A DNA stretch of 63,974 nucleotides, counting the filler, from assembly GCA_964501035.1 (NCBI GenBank). It is 5 parts of 5 records of this genome, joined end to end, with 100 filler letters (N's around TTAATTAATTAA, not from the genome) between each part and the next. Parts side by side here need not be neighbours in the genome. Positions count along the whole stretch, not along the records: positions 31,379 to 46,444 come from CAZCRK010000040.1; positions 46,545 to 61,321 come from CAZCRK010000041.1; 3 more parts are not named here. One strand, written 5' to 3'. This document shows positions 37,570 to 48,949 of this stretch, piece by piece; the first letter of the stretch is position 1, and each line of letters opens with the position of its first letter. The position numbers and the translations under genes were made by a program. Under the pieces are notes generated by a model. That model worked only from the letters and a program-made list of their open reading frames with translations, was not told the origin of the DNA and did not search any database.

Positions 37570-38196
37570 ATGAATTCTAAATATTATAAAATTGCTATCT
37601 ATTTAGCAATATTTACAGTTATTTACAATTTAGTTGAGGGTGTTTTGTCTGTGTATTTTGGTTCAGAAGATGAAACTCTAGCGTTATTTGGTTTTGGTCT
37701 AGATTCATTTGTTGAGGTTGTTTCAGGTATTGGTATTTGGCATATGGTTACTCGCATTCAAAATAATAATGGTGTAGCAAGGGACAACTTTGAAAAAACA
37801 GCATTAAGAATTACTGGAACCATGTTCTATATTTTATCTATAGGTTTATTTTTAACATCATTTATCAATATTTCCCAAAATAATTCACCAGATTCAACTA
37901 TTTGGGGAATCATTGTGTCTTCTATTTCTATTGGTGTTATGTGGTGGTTGGTTCAGGCTAAAATGAATATTGGAAAAACCATCAAATCAAATGCAATAAT
38001 TGCCGATGCAAACTGCACTAAAATGTGCGTTCAATTATCATTTATATTGCTGATTTCAAGCATTGGTTATGAACTATTCAATATTGGTTATATTGATTCA
38101 ATAGGAGCGATTATCATTGCCCTATTCTCATTCAAAGAGGGAAGAGAAGCTTTTGATAAAGCCAAAAATAATACTACGTGTTGTTCTGGTTGTTAA
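37570..38196 (+). CDS. Cation-efflux-like (CDF TM domain only) membrane transporter
   Basis: YNLVEG...ALFGFGLDSFVE...ADA motifs; six TM helices; C-terminal CCSGC. Confidence 0.8.
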   Translation: MNSKYYKIAIYLAIFTVIYNLVEGVLSVYFGSEDETLALFGFGLDSFVEVVSGIGIWHMVTRIQNNNGVARDNFEKTALRITGTMFYILSIGLFLTSFINISQNNSPDSTIWGIIVSSISIGVMWWLVQAKMNIGKTIKSNAIIADANCTKMCVQLSFILLISSIGYELFNIGYIDSIGAIIIALFSFKEGREAFDKAKNNTTCCSGC

Positions 38197-38321
38197 CCTG
38201 TAAAAATAGTACACGTTAATGTACTTTCAGAAAATTCATATATATTATTCCCTTCTTTTTGCTATTTGTCGAAAATATTGCGTAAATTACTTGGCTTTTT
38301 GAGTAGGAGATTTTCGACGGA

Positions 38322-38981
38322 ATGATTGTTGCAATTGATGGACCAGCAGGTTCTGGTAAAAGTACAACAGCTAAACAAACTGCTGAACATTTGAATTTTG
38401 TGCATATTGACACAGGAGCGATGTATCGAGCAGTAACATATTATTTTCAAACAGAAAACATAACTTTAAATGATAGTGTATTAATTGAAAATGCTTTGCA
38501 AAATATACATATTTCATTTAAAAATGGTATGGTCTATCTAAATGGATCAAACGTAAACACTGAAATACGAAGTAATACTGTATCACAATTTGTGAGTGCT
38601 GTAAGTGCATTGTCAAATGTTAGAGACCATCTTGTTACGTTGCAACGTAAAATGTCGGAAAATCTTAATGTAGTATTGGAAGGTAGAGATATTGGTACGC
38701 GTGTGTTTCCAAATGCAGATGTAAAAATATTTCTCAATGCAAGTTTAGAAGTTCGTGGATTACGAAGATATCATGAATTGAAATCTAAAAATAATGATAT
38801 TTCAGTTCAACAGGTGATAAATGAGCTTCAAAAAAGGGATGAAGTTGACTCTAATCGTAAACATTCCCCCTTACAAAAAGCAGAAGATGCTATAGAGATT
38901 GATACATCAAATTTGAGTATCAATGAGCAAGTAAACACGATCGTAAAGATCATAAATAAACATAGGAGCGAGACTCATTAA
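38322..38981 (+). CDS. cmk: Cytidylate kinase
   Basis: IDGPAGSGKST, DTGAMYRA, EGRDIGT. Confidence 0.97.
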   Translation: MIVAIDGPAGSGKSTTAKQTAEHLNFVHIDTGAMYRAVTYYFQTENITLNDSVLIENALQNIHISFKNGMVYLNGSNVNTEIRSNTVSQFVSAVSALSNVRDHLVTLQRKMSENLNVVLEGRDIGTRVFPNADVKIFLNASLEVRGLRRYHELKSKNNDISVQQVINELQKRDEVDSNRKHSPLQKAEDAIEIDTSNLSINEQVNTIVKIINKHRSETH

Positions 38982-40960
38982 TGAGTGAAGTTAAAGAAAC
39001 CATAACACAGGAAGTTGAAAATAACGAAACAACTGAAGAAAAAACTTCCGCAACCCCTTCAACAGAAACGTTAGAAGCTCAGGTTGAAGTTGAAGAAACA
39101 AAAACAACTACTGAAGAAGATGTTGAAACAAATGAAGAACCAGTAGTTGAAGCAGAACCAGAAGTAGTCATTGAAAAAGCTACTCCAATGGTTGATTATT
39201 TAGGAGCTGATATTTTAAATATTAGAACAGTTACTCCGGACGAATTGGGATCTTTTGATGAAGAAGATAGAATAGAAATTGAAGATGCTAGATATGATGA
39301 ATCATTTTCTGAAATTCGTCAACGTGAAGTTGTAAAAGGTGTAGTTGTTGGAATAACAGATAGAGAAGTATTTGTCGATATTGGTTTTAAAGCTGAAGGA
39401 ACAATAGATAAATCAGAATTTTCTGAAGTACCTGAAGAAGGTCAAGAAGTTGATGTGTTTATTGTTACATTTGAAGATAGAAAAGGAAATATTGTTCTTT
39501 CTAAAGAAAGAGCTGATTTCCAAAAACGGTGGCAAGAACTTAAAGAAATTCATGCTAATGATGAAATAATTACTGGCTTAATCACTAAACGAATCAAAGG
39601 TGGAATGGTTGTTGATTTAGGTGTTGTTCAAGCATTTTTGCCAGGTTCACAAATTGATGTACGACCAGTTGTTGATTTTGATGAATTTGTTGGTGTTGAA
39701 AGTGAATTTAAAGTTGTTAAATTAAATGAACTACGACAAAATATTGTACTTTCAAGAAAAGCAATCCTTGCCGGTGATTTATTAGAAAAAAGACAAGAAG
39801 TGCTTTCACAAATGGAAGTAGGTATGGAGCTTGAAGGTGTTGTTAAAAATCTTACAGACTTTGGTGCATTTGTTGATTTAGGTGGAATTGATGGTCTGCT
39901 CCATATTACTGATATCACATGGGGTAGAATCAATCATCCTTCTGAAAAGTTAACAGTTGGTGAAACGGTGCATGTTAAAGTGATCGATTTTGATGTTGAA
40001 AAAGTAAGGGTATCACTTGGAATTAAACAGTTAACTCCAGATCCTTGGGAAGAAGTGATTAAAGAATTCCCAGTTGAAAGTGAAGTTTCAGGGAAAATCG
40101 TGAACATGATGAATTATGGTGCATTTGTTGAAATCCGCGAAGGAGTTGAAGGTCTTATTCATGTTTCTGAAATGTCTTGGACTCGCCATGTGAAACATCC
40201 AACTGATATGTTCAAAATTGGTGATGAAGTAAATGCTAAAGTATTAAGTATTGACCCTGATGATAAGAAAATATCACTTGGTATTAAACAACTTGAAGAG
40301 AATCCATGGGATACCATAGAAACAAAATATGCTATTGGTTCTGATCATAAAGGAATTGTTAGAAATTTAACACAGTTTGGTGCGTTTATCGAATTAGAAA
40401 CCGGTATCGATGGTCTTGTTCATGTTTCTGATATGTCTTGGACAAAAATGGTGAAACATCCAAAAGAAATTGTTAAAAAAGGTGATAATGTCGATGTGAA
40501 AGTGCTTTCTGTTTCCAGTGAAGAACGTCGATTATCGCTTGGTATTAAACAAGTTCAAGATGATCCTTGGCCAACACTGAAAAATGAGTTTGAAACAGGT
40601 AAAGTAATCACCGGTGAAGTAATTCGAGTACTTGATAAAGGCATCATTTTCCAATTGGAACATGAAGTTGAAGGTATTGTACCTCTCAAGAAAGTAACGA
40701 AAGCTGAACGTACAGAAATTAAAGAAAAATATATTCCTGGTGAAAAATGTGAAATCATTGTTCAAGAAGTTGATGAGGAATATAAAAAGGTAATTTTAAT
40801 GCGTGAAAACAAAGGTGAAGATGCGCCAAAGTCAAAACCATCTAAACCAAAAGTTAAAAAACCTAAAATGTCGAATGTTTCAACAAGTGATAAACTTGAA
40901 GTACCACAAGAAATAATCGATCAACTTGCTGCAACTGACAAGGATAATTCTGAGGATTAA
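38981..40960 (+). CDS. rpsA: 30S ribosomal protein S1
   Basis: Tandem S1 domains (FGAFVDLGGIDGLLH etc.); long acidic N-terminal extension; follows cmk. Confidence 0.97.
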   Translation: MSEVKETITQEVENNETTEEKTSATPSTETLEAQVEVEETKTTTEEDVETNEEPVVEAEPEVVIEKATPMVDYLGADILNIRTVTPDELGSFDEEDRIEIEDARYDESFSEIRQREVVKGVVVGITDREVFVDIGFKAEGTIDKSEFSEVPEEGQEVDVFIVTFEDRKGNIVLSKERADFQKRWQELKEIHANDEIITGLITKRIKGGMVVDLGVVQAFLPGSQIDVRPVVDFDEFVGVESEFKVVKLNELRQNIVLSRKAILAGDLLEKRQEVLSQMEVGMELEGVVKNLTDFGAFVDLGGIDGLLHITDITWGRINHPSEKLTVGETVHVKVIDFDVEKVRVSLGIKQLTPDPWEEVIKEFPVESEVSGKIVNMMNYGAFVEIREGVEGLIHVSEMSWTRHVKHPTDMFKIGDEVNAKVLSIDPDDKKISLGIKQLEENPWDTIETKYAIGSDHKGIVRNLTQFGAFIELETGIDGLVHVSDMSWTKMVKHPKEIVKKGDNVDVKVLSVSSEERRLSLGIKQVQDDPWPTLKNEFETGKVITGEVIRVLDKGIIFQLEHEVEGIVPLKKVTKAERTEIKEKYIPGEKCEIIVQEVDEEYKKVILMRENKGEDAPKSKPSKPKVKKPKMSNVSTSDKLEVPQEIIDQLAATDKDNSED

Positions 40961-40980
40961 ACCCTCAAGAATCTGCGTCA

Positions 40981-41985
40981 GTGATAGTACTTGGAATCGA
41001 AAGTTCATGTGATGAAACATCTGCTGCAGTTATCAAAGATGGTAATCTGTGTAGCAACGTAGTACTCTCGCAAGAAATACATAAAGAATATGGAGGGGTT
41101 GTTCCCGAAGTTGCATCTCGTGAACATGAACTCCATATTTCTTTTATCGTCGAAACTGCATTGAGAAAAGCTAATATTGAGCAATCTAGCTTAAATGCAG
41201 TAGTCGCAACGTATGGTGCTGGCTTGATGGGGGCTTTGCTAGTTGGACTTAACTTTGCTAAAGGTTTGGCACTGGGACTGCGTATTCCGTTTTTAGGTGT
41301 GAATCACATGGAAGGTCATTTGTTCGCTAACCTAATAGAAAACCCGAATATACACTATCCCTATATTTGTATGTTGGTCTCTGGTGGTCATACTCAAATT
41401 TGGAGGGTGCATTCATTCGGTGATTATGAACTTTTAGCTAATACCGTTGATGATGCAGCTGGTGAGGCATTTGATAAAGGAGCTAGATTAATGGGGCTTG
41501 GCTATCCCGGAGGACCTGAAATTCAAAGAATTGCAAAAAATGGTGATTCACAAAAATATAAATTTCCACGACCAGTTGTAAAATCATCAAATCTCAACTT
41601 TTCTTTTAGCGGATTAAAAACTGCATTGTTATACCTGAAACAAGACTTGTGTAGTGATACTTTCAATTTAGAGTTACCACATATTGCAGCTAGTTATCAA
41701 GAAGCTATTGTTGATTCTTTATTAAACAGATTAATAAAAATTGTAAAAACAAATGCTGTTGAAACTATCTCAGTGGCAGGAGGGGTATCGGCTAATACGA
41801 GATTTAGAGAAAAAGCAAAAGCGTTAGAAGAAAACTACGGTGTAAATATATGTTTTCCTAAATTAGAGTTTTGCACTGATAATGCAGCAATGATTGCAAT
41901 GGCTGGTTATGAGAGATTAAAAAAAGGAGCTACTTCAGACTTTTCATTATCTGCAGTTCCAAATTTATCTTTAGGGAATGTATAA
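40981..41985 (+). CDS. tsaD: tRNA threonylcarbamoyladenosine synthesis protein TsaD
   Basis: GIESSCDET, GGVVPEVASR, NHMEGH, SGGHT, DNAAMIA. Confidence 0.97.
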   Translation: MIVLGIESSCDETSAAVIKDGNLCSNVVLSQEIHKEYGGVVPEVASREHELHISFIVETALRKANIEQSSLNAVVATYGAGLMGALLVGLNFAKGLALGLRIPFLGVNHMEGHLFANLIENPNIHYPYICMLVSGGHTQIWRVHSFGDYELLANTVDDAAGEAFDKGARLMGLGYPGGPEIQRIAKNGDSQKYKFPRPVVKSSNLNFSFSGLKTALLYLKQDLCSDTFNLELPHIAASYQEAIVDSLLNRLIKIVKTNAVETISVAGGVSANTRFREKAKALEENYGVNICFPKLEFCTDNAAMIAMAGYERLKKGATSDFSLSAVPNLSLGNV

Positions 41986-44007
41986 ATGAATATCCTCGGC
42001 TCTTTATTGATGTTTATAGTATGCATTCCTATCTTTTTATTTTTGATAAATCAATATAATAATGTTCTAAAAAGTAAATCTAAAAAGGTTAAAAGTCTGC
42101 TTTTAATTTTGCGAAGTCTTTCCATATTGTTTTTAATGTTTTTGATTTTAAATCCTCTATTTGTTTGGAATAAAACATATACGTATATATCTGATATTGC
42201 AGTATTTATTGACGCAAGCAAGAGTATTGAAACTCAACTTAATGATACCAATGAATCATTAGAAAACTTGGTAAATCAAATTGAAAAAAAATGTAATAAT
42301 CAAAATATTAATATTGATTGGTATTCTTTTGGGGATACTCTAAAATCTATTAAAAACCCTAAGAAAGTAAAATTAAAAGAAAAATCAACTAATTTTGAAA
42401 TGATCTCAAAACATTTGCAATTGAATCCAATACAAGAAGTTATCATTTTAAGTGATGGCGTCGAAACAAGTGGACCAGAAATACATAGTCTTAATTTTGA
42501 AAATGTAAAAGTAAATACAGTTGGAATAGGTGTTCCTAGTACGCAAGTTGATTTGTCAATTAATAATTTAAATTATTCCAAAAATATTTTAAACGGTGAC
42601 AGTTTACATATAGATGTTCAATTAGAGTCCATTTTGAATAATCAAACAGAATCTACTGTTTCGATTACAGATAATGTTGGTAAAACTATTTACTCCAATT
42701 CTATTGAGTTTTCTAAAGGTATTTCTAATATGGATGTTAAAATTTCGCTCCCATATGTTTTATTGACACCTGAAATGAACTTGAAAATTACTCCAATTCA
42801 AAACGAAGTTAATATTGTAAATAATGAAGTTGCAATCGAATTAGACATTTCAAATGACAGAGAAAAAGTTTTATTTGTATCAGGCCGTCTTTCTCCAAAT
42901 ACTTCATGGATAAATAATACACTAAACGAATTGGACTTTCCCAATATTCAATATTTTTTTAAAATATCTGAGAATAGATGGAATGCTGAAATTAATTTAA
43001 TTGATTTTACTCATATTAAAATGATTGTTTTAGAAAATTATCCTTCTAATAATACCGACATGAGACTTTTAAATAAAATGTTAGAAGTACATAAAAGTAA
43101 GAATATTCCTTTAGTATATTTTGAAGGACCAGAACTAAATCTTAATTTAGTACAAAATATTTTTAGACAATTAGATGTAGAAATTAATGCTGAAAAACCG
43201 CAAAGTGCTCAAAACTTAGATTTAAACTCTTTTAACCCCAAATATGAAAATAATGTTTACCCGCCGTTGATGCGATCAAATTATATCAATACTAATAACC
43301 AAAATACAAATGCATTGTTTTATGAAGATAATAGTGTGGCTTTAGTTCTCAATGACCAAATGTTAGGAGTATTCATCCCAGAGTTAAACAAAGCACAAAT
43401 GCAGGTAAATAATTCCAGTTCAAAAAACATCCTTAAAAATATTATCCAACGATTGTTAAATGAGTTGTATTTTGGAAAAGACAATTTGTTAACATTAGAA
43501 CTTGATGGGGATCAGTATTATGTGAATTCTCAAGTTGAAATGATTGTGAATGCTGAATCTATTCAAAATATTGAAAATGTTAGGATTAATGTTGAAACTA
43601 ATAATGTAAATTATGAAATTGTTTGCTCGGAAGTTGAAGATGGTATGTATAAGGGAATATTTAGTCCGTCTCAAACGGGGAATTATGTTTTGAAAGCATA
43701 CTGTACTACTTTAGAAGAAACTACAATTTCTAGTAAGAATTTGGAAATTGAAATACAAGCCATTGATTTAGAAACTGAGTTAAGTTACTTGAATGAAAAA
43801 ACATTATCTGGACTTTCAGAAAATACAATGGGAACTTATGTTCGAAGTAATGAATTGGATTCATTACTTAAAAGAATAATTCCACAATCAGTTATTGAAA
43901 AAGAAATTGTAAATTTTGATGCTTTAAGAATTCAAAATTATTGGTGGATATTAATATTATTATTTAGCACAGAGTGGTTTATTAGAAAGAAAGAAGGGCT
44001 CCTCTAA
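41986..44007 (+). CDS. Membrane-anchored VWA-domain protein
   Basis: N-terminal TM helices, DASKS MIDAS-like motif, ILSDG, C-terminal EWFIRKKEGLL. Confidence 0.75.
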   Translation: MNILGSLLMFIVCIPIFLFLINQYNNVLKSKSKKVKSLLLILRSLSILFLMFLILNPLFVWNKTYTYISDIAVFIDASKSIETQLNDTNESLENLVNQIEKKCNNQNINIDWYSFGDTLKSIKNPKKVKLKEKSTNFEMISKHLQLNPIQEVIILSDGVETSGPEIHSLNFENVKVNTVGIGVPSTQVDLSINNLNYSKNILNGDSLHIDVQLESILNNQTESTVSITDNVGKTIYSNSIEFSKGISNMDVKISLPYVLLTPEMNLKITPIQNEVNIVNNEVAIELDISNDREKVLFVSGRLSPNTSWINNTLNELDFPNIQYFFKISENRWNAEINLIDFTHIKMIVLENYPSNNTDMRLLNKMLEVHKSKNIPLVYFEGPELNLNLVQNIFRQLDVEINAEKPQSAQNLDLNSFNPKYENNVYPPLMRSNYINTNNQNTNALFYEDNSVALVLNDQMLGVFIPELNKAQMQVNNSSSKNILKNIIQRLLNELYFGKDNLLTLELDGDQYYVNSQVEMIVNAESIQNIENVRINVETNNVNYEIVCSEVEDGMYKGIFSPSQTGNYVLKAYCTTLEETTISSKNLEIEIQAIDLETELSYLNEKTLSGLSENTMGTYVRSNELDSLLKRIIPQSVIEKEIVNFDALRIQNYWWILILLFSTEWFIRKKEGLL

Positions 44008-45314
44008 TGAAAAACATAACAGTAATAGGAACAGGGTATGTTGGTTTAGTTGCAGGTTCATGTTTAGCAGATTTTGGTCATCGTGTAGTTTGTGCTGATA
44101 TTGACCCCAAAAAGATTGATTTATTGAATACAGGAAAAAGTCCAATTTATGAACCAGGTTTAGAAGAGTTGATGCTTCGTAATACACAATCAGAAAGATT
44201 GTTTTTTTCAGCTAATATTGCAGACTCAATCAAAGAAGCTGATGTGGTGTTTATTGGTGTAGGTACTCCAACAAATGAAAATGGTGAGGTGGACATGTCA
44301 AATGTGTTTTCCGTTGCCAAAACTATTGCAAAACACATGAGTAATTACACTGTGATTGTTACAAAATCAACTGTACCATTAGGAACAGCCAAAAAAATTG
44401 AAGATATTTTAATTCAAAATGGTTGTAAAAAGGATATATTTAGTATAGTTTCAAATCCAGAATTCCTAAGGGAAGGTTCTGCAATTGGTGATTTTATGAT
44501 ACCAGATAGAATTGTAATTGGTGCTACTAATGAAAAAGCCTTTTCAATCATGAGAGACGTGTACCAACCATTGTTTTTGCGTGAAACACCAATTATTGAA
44601 ACCAACCCTGAAACTGCTGAACTTATTAAATATGCCTCTAATGGATTTTTAGCAACAAAAATTTCATTTATAAACGAACTTGCACAAATATGTGATAAAA
44701 CGAATGCAGATATATTAACTGTTGCAAAAGCAATGGGTTTAGATGGTAGAATAAGTTCAAAATTTTTACACGCTGGGCCTGGGTATGGGGGGTCTTGTTT
44801 CCCGAAAGATACAGAAGGTTTACTTCAAATTGCTAACAATGTTAATGTAGATGCAAAAATTACAAGAGCTACTATTGCGACAAATCATCAACAAAAAACA
44901 CTAATGGTTGATAAAATAAAATCTTTGATGTCCAATAATTTAGAAAATAAAAAGATAACTATTCTCGGACTAACGTTTAAACCAAAAACAGATGATATTC
45001 GAGAATCTCCGGCAATAATAATTATTTCTGAACTTCTTCAACTAGGTGCAAGAATTACAGCTTATGACCCTGAAGGAATTGATAACATGAAACAAATATT
45101 CCCTCAGTTAAATTATGAATGTGATATAAGTAAAGCATTAACAGATGCAGATGGTGCTGTACTTGTTACCGAATGGCATGAATTACGCAGTTTAGATCCA
45201 GTATTGGTAAAAAAGTGGATGAAAAATCCAAACTTTTTAGATTGTAGAAACATTTATACCCCTAAATTATGGACAGAAGCAGGTATGAATTTTGATAATG
45301 TAGGTAAAAAATGA
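44007..45314 (+). CDS. ugd: UDP-glucose/GDP-mannose dehydrogenase family protein
   Basis: [36 protein letters not shown]. Confidence 0.93.
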   Translation: MKNITVIGTGYVGLVAGSCLADFGHRVVCADIDPKKIDLLNTGKSPIYEPGLEELMLRNTQSERLFFSANIADSIKEADVVFIGVGTPTNENGEVDMSNVFSVAKTIAKHMSNYTVIVTKSTVPLGTAKKIEDILIQNGCKKDIFSIVSNPEFLREGSAIGDFMIPDRIVIGATNEKAFSIMRDVYQPLFLRETPIIETNPETAELIKYASNGFLATKISFINELAQICDKTNADILTVAKAMGLDGRISSKFLHAGPGYGGSCFPKDTEGLLQIANNVNVDAKITRATIATNHQQKTLMVDKIKSLMSNNLENKKITILGLTFKPKTDDIRESPAIIIISELLQLGARITAYDPEGIDNMKQIFPQLNYECDISKALTDADGAVLVTEWHELRSLDPVLVKKWMKNPNFLDCRNIYTPKLWTEAGMNFDNVGKK

Positions 45315-46357
45315 AAATTTTAGTAACAGGTGGAGCAGGGTTTATAGGTAGTAATTTTATCAATCAACAAATTACTAGTACTGATAATAAACTATTAAAT
45401 TTCGATAAATTGACATATGCTGGTAATTTAGAATCTCTTCTTTCGGTTGAAGATAGTGAAAACTACGCATTTATTCACGGAGATATTTGCGATCGTGATT
45501 TGTTTAAACAGACACTAAATAACTTTCAACCAGATGCGGTTGTGAATTTTGCTGCAGAATCACATGTTGACAGATCAATTGATGGGCCAATGGATTTTAT
45601 CCAAACAAACATAGTTGGAACTGCTGTTTTACTAGAAGAATCTCTAAAATATTATAATTCATTAAATGGTAGAAATTTTCGATTTCACCACGTTTCTACC
45701 GATGAAGTATATGGAAGTTTAGATGATTTAGGATACTTTCTAGAATCAACACCCTATGATCCAAGTTCACCGTATTCTGCTTCCAAAGCATCTTCCGATC
45801 ATTTGGTTAGAGCATGGCATAGAACATTTAAATTACCCATTTTAATTACAAATTGTTCTAATAATTATGGTCCAGCGCAATTTCCAGAAAAGTTAATTCC
45901 ACTCATGATACTTAATTGTATAGACAACAAACCATTACCAGTTTATGGAACTGGTGAAAATGTAAGAGATTGGTTGTATGTTGAAGATCATTGTAATGCA
46001 ATTTACACAGTTTTGCAATTTGGGAAAGTGGGTGAAACTTATAACATAGGGGGTGGCAATGAAATTAAAAATATTGATATTGTTTACTCAATTTGTGATA
46101 TTCTGGATAAAGTAATTCCAAGTGAAAATGGATCTTATAGAAAGTTAATTACATTTGTTACCGATAGACCAGGTCATGATTTTAGATATGCAATAGATGC
46201 ATCAAAAATTAAAGAGGATTTGGGCTGGACACCACACGAATCTTTTGAATCTGGTTTGAGAAAAACAATTGAATGGTATTTAACAAATAAAACTTGGTGG
46301 AAACATATTCAAGATAATTCTTATCAACAAGAAAGATTAGGGGTCATTTCAGAATGA
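45311..46357 (+). CDS. rfbB: dTDP-glucose 4,6-dehydratase
   Basis: [35 protein letters not shown]. Confidence 0.96.
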   Translation: MKILVTGGAGFIGSNFINQQITSTDNKLLNFDKLTYAGNLESLLSVEDSENYAFIHGDICDRDLFKQTLNNFQPDAVVNFAAESHVDRSIDGPMDFIQTNIVGTAVLLEESLKYYNSLNGRNFRFHHVSTDEVYGSLDDLGYFLESTPYDPSSPYSASKASSDHLVRAWHRTFKLPILITNCSNNYGPAQFPEKLIPLMILNCIDNKPLPVYGTGENVRDWLYVEDHCNAIYTVLQFGKVGETYNIGGGNEIKNIDIVYSICDILDKVIPSENGSYRKLITFVTDRPGHDFRYAIDASKIKEDLGWTPHESFESGLRKTIEWYLTNKTWWKHIQDNSYQQERLGVISE

Positions 46358-46444
46358 AGGGAATAATTTTAGCAGGTGGTGCTGGGTCTCGATTATATCC
46401 ATTATCTTCTGTTGCGAGCAAGCAGTTAATGCCAGTTTATGATA
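46354..46444 (+). CDS. rfbA: Glucose-1-phosphate thymidylyltransferase, N-terminal fragment
   Basis: Manual translation [30 protein letters not shown]; truncated at the contig end. Confidence 0.92.
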
Positions 46445-46544
46445 NNNNNNNNNNNNNNNNNNNNNNNNNNNNNNNNNNNNNNNNNNNNTTAATTAATTAA
46501 NNNNNNNNNNNNNNNNNNNNNNNNNNNNNNNNNNNNNNNNNNNN
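46445..46544. other. Artificial contig linker
   Basis: 44 N + TTAATTAATTAA + 44 N. Confidence 0.97.
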
Positions 46545-46811
46545 TTACTTGCGGGTGTTACAGTTTCTGGTGTACTTATGGCGATTTTCCAATCAAATGC
46601 TGGTGGTGCATGGGATAATGCAAAGAAAATGATTGAAGAAGGTGTTGAAGTAAATGGTGAAAAATTATCCAAAGGGACTGAAGCACATAAGGCTGCAGTT
46701 GTTGGTGATACTGTAGGTGATCCATTTAAAGATACATCCGGTCCATCTTTAAATATTTTAATTAAATTAATGTCTGTGGTGTCATTAGTGATAGCACCAT
46801 TGCTTGCCTAA
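46545..46811 (+). CDS. hppA: Membrane-bound H+/Na+-translocating pyrophosphatase, C-terminal fragment
   Basis: [11 protein letters not shown] and [21 protein letters not shown] signatures. Confidence 0.95.
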   Translation, partial: LLAGVTVSGVLMAIFQSNAGGAWDNAKKMIEEGVEVNGEKLSKGTEAHKAAVVGDTVGDPFKDTSGPSLNILIKLMSVVSLVIAPLLA

Positions 46812-46825
46812 GGAAAGGAAAATAA

Positions 46826-47308
46826 ATGAGACATTATGAAACACTATACATTGTTCATCCTGCATTAGAAGCAGGGCGATTAAAAGATACAATCCAACAG
46901 GTTGACACTCACTTAAAGGGATATAAAAGTGATATTGTTACAACAGAAGTTTGGGGTAAAAAACGTTTGGCTTATTATATTGATAAACAAAAATATGGTA
47001 CATATGTTTTAGTTCAATATAAAAGTGATGGCACAAAAAACAAAGATTTTCATATTGAATTAGAACATAATCCAAGTATTTTGGCATATATGACCACGAA
47101 AATTGATGAAGATGATATTCGTGAGCAAACAGAAGATTTAGACACTCAATTATCTGAAGATAAAAAAGCACCTGCAAAAGAAGAATCAAGCAATGTGGAA
47201 ACTAAAACTGAAGATGTAGTTGAAAAGTCAAATCCTGAACCAGTAACTGAAGGCACCTCTGATGATGACAGTAGTTCTGAAGAAACTGAAGAGAAAGGTG
47301 AAGAATAA
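46826..47308 (+). CDS. rpsF: 30S ribosomal protein S6 with long acidic tail
   Basis: [12 protein letters not shown]...[12 protein letters not shown]...GTY. Confidence 0.95.
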   Translation: MRHYETLYIVHPALEAGRLKDTIQQVDTHLKGYKSDIVTTEVWGKKRLAYYIDKQKYGTYVLVQYKSDGTKNKDFHIELEHNPSILAYMTTKIDEDDIREQTEDLDTQLSEDKKAPAKEESSNVETKTEDVVEKSNPEPVTEGTSDDDSSSEETEEKGEE

Positions 47309-47538
47309 TGGCATTTATTAGTAATCGAAAAGTATGTGTATTTTGCGAAAACAATCAGAGCAAAATTGATTATAAAGATTATAAATTTTTACGAAAATTT
47401 ATTACTGAACAGGGTAAAATGATTCCAGGATTTGTAACAGGTGTTTGTTCAAGACATCAACGAAAACTGGGTAAAGCAATCAAACGAGCTAGAAATATTG
47501 CATTGCTCCCATTCATTGTTGACCCAAGAAATTCATAG
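47308..47538 (+). CDS. rpsR: 30S ribosomal protein S18 (Zn-binding type)
   Basis: CVFC...IDYKD...TGVCSRHQR...AIKRAR. Confidence 0.96.
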   Translation: MAFISNRKVCVFCENNQSKIDYKDYKFLRKFITEQGKMIPGFVTGVCSRHQRKLGKAIKRARNIALLPFIVDPRNS

Positions 47539-47550
47539 GAGGTTTTGGAT

Positions 47551-47994
47551 ATGAAAATTATTTTAAGTCAAAAAGTTGATAGCTTAGGAAATGCTGGGGA
47601 TATAGTAACTGTAAAAGATGGTTATGGTCGTAATTATTTAATCCCTAAAGGATTGGCTTCTGTTGCAACGAAGAAAAATATTGCTGCCATGGAAACTTTA
47701 ATTGAACAGCAAAAAACTAAAGAAGCAAAAACACGTGCTAATTTGGAATCTTTGGCTGATAGACTAAACTCCCTAACGCTTAAATTTTCTTTAAAAGCTG
47801 GTGAAGATGATAAATTGTTTGGATCCGTAACATCACAAATGATATCAGAAGCAATTATTGACAAAGGGTATTCAGTTGAAAAACGTGAAATTGAAATGGA
47901 AGAATCCATTAATCATGTAGGAAACCATTTCGTAAACATTAAACTTGGACATGGTTTTAGTGGCCGAGTTAAAATCAAAGTAGCTGCAGAGTAA
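47551..47994 (+). CDS. rplI: 50S ribosomal protein L9
   Basis: LGNAGDIVTVKDGYGRNYLIPKG, KLFGSVT; AGGAGG RBS before ATG 47551. Confidence 0.96.
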   Translation: MKIILSQKVDSLGNAGDIVTVKDGYGRNYLIPKGLASVATKKNIAAMETLIEQQKTKEAKTRANLESLADRLNSLTLKFSLKAGEDDKLFGSVTSQMISEAIIDKGYSVEKREIEMEESINHVGNHFVNIKLGHGFSGRVKIKVAAE

Positions 47995-48016
47995 TTTCTG
48001 TTAATATATACTTGTT

Positions 48017-48047
48017 AAACAGCTCCATTCGGAGCTGTTTTTGTTTT
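48017..48047 (+). terminator. Rho-independent terminator after rplI
   Basis: AAACAGCTCC-ATTC-GGAGCTGTTT followed by TTGTTTT. Confidence 0.88.
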
Positions 48048-48094
48048 ATGAACACTATTGGGTTGATTCCATATATTTAATCTAAATTATCATT

Positions 48095-48946
48095 ATGTCC
48101 ACAACTCAAAAAACATGGAGAACTATTGACCTTATCCATTGGGGCACAGACTATTTTACCGAAAACAATATTGAAAATGCAAGACGTGAAATTGAATGGT
48201 TGCTATGTCATGTTTTAAAGTGTAAACGCTTAGATTTATATATGCAATTTGAAAATAAACTGTCCTCGATTGAGCTATCAACCTTTAAAAAATGTGTTAA
48301 GCGTAGGGTAAAAGGTGAGCCCTTCCAGCATATCATTGGTGTTGCATCATTCTTTGGAAGAGACTTTCAAGTTGACTCCAATGTATTGATACCACGCCCA
48401 GAAACTGAAACAATGATTCATACATTAAAACAACTGGGTGAGTTTGATTCAATTCTAGAAATTGGCACTGGAACAGGATGCATTTCAATAAGTATCGACC
48501 TAGAAACTATTTGTAAATCAATTATTGCAACGGATGTTTCCAAAGATGCATTAAACATAGCTCGAAAGAATGCTCAAACTTTAAATGCTCAGTCGGTAAA
48601 TTTCAAACTACATGACTTTCTAAAGACTGATATTGTTTCAAAATTTGATGTAGTGGTAAGCAATCCACCTTATATTGCCCAAAATGAAATAAATTATCTT
48701 CAATCTGAAGTAAGAAATTATGACCCACACCTTGCCTTAACCGATGGAGGAGATGGTTTAACATTTTACAAGCAATTTGCTAAAAATGGACGCACTCTGT
48801 TAAACGAAAATGGATTTATGTTGCTCGAGTTTGGAGGAATTAATCAAAAAGATGATGTGGAAAATATTTTTCAATCTTCTAATTATCAAACTGAAATCAT
48901 CTCAGATCAAAATGATGAACCAAGAGTAGTTAAGGTAACTGTCTAA
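48095..48946 (+). CDS. prmC: Release factor glutamine methyltransferase
   Basis: GEPFQHI, VLIPRPETE, EIGTGTGCI, SNPPYI. Confidence 0.95.
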   Translation: MSTTQKTWRTIDLIHWGTDYFTENNIENARREIEWLLCHVLKCKRLDLYMQFENKLSSIELSTFKKCVKRRVKGEPFQHIIGVASFFGRDFQVDSNVLIPRPETETMIHTLKQLGEFDSILEIGTGTGCISISIDLETICKSIIATDVSKDALNIARKNAQTLNAQSVNFKLHDFLKTDIVSKFDVVVSNPPYIAQNEINYLQSEVRNYDPHLALTDGGDGLTFYKQFAKNGRTLLNENGFMLLEFGGINQKDDVENIFQSSNYQTEIISDQNDEPRVVKVTV

Positions 48947-48949
48947 AGT

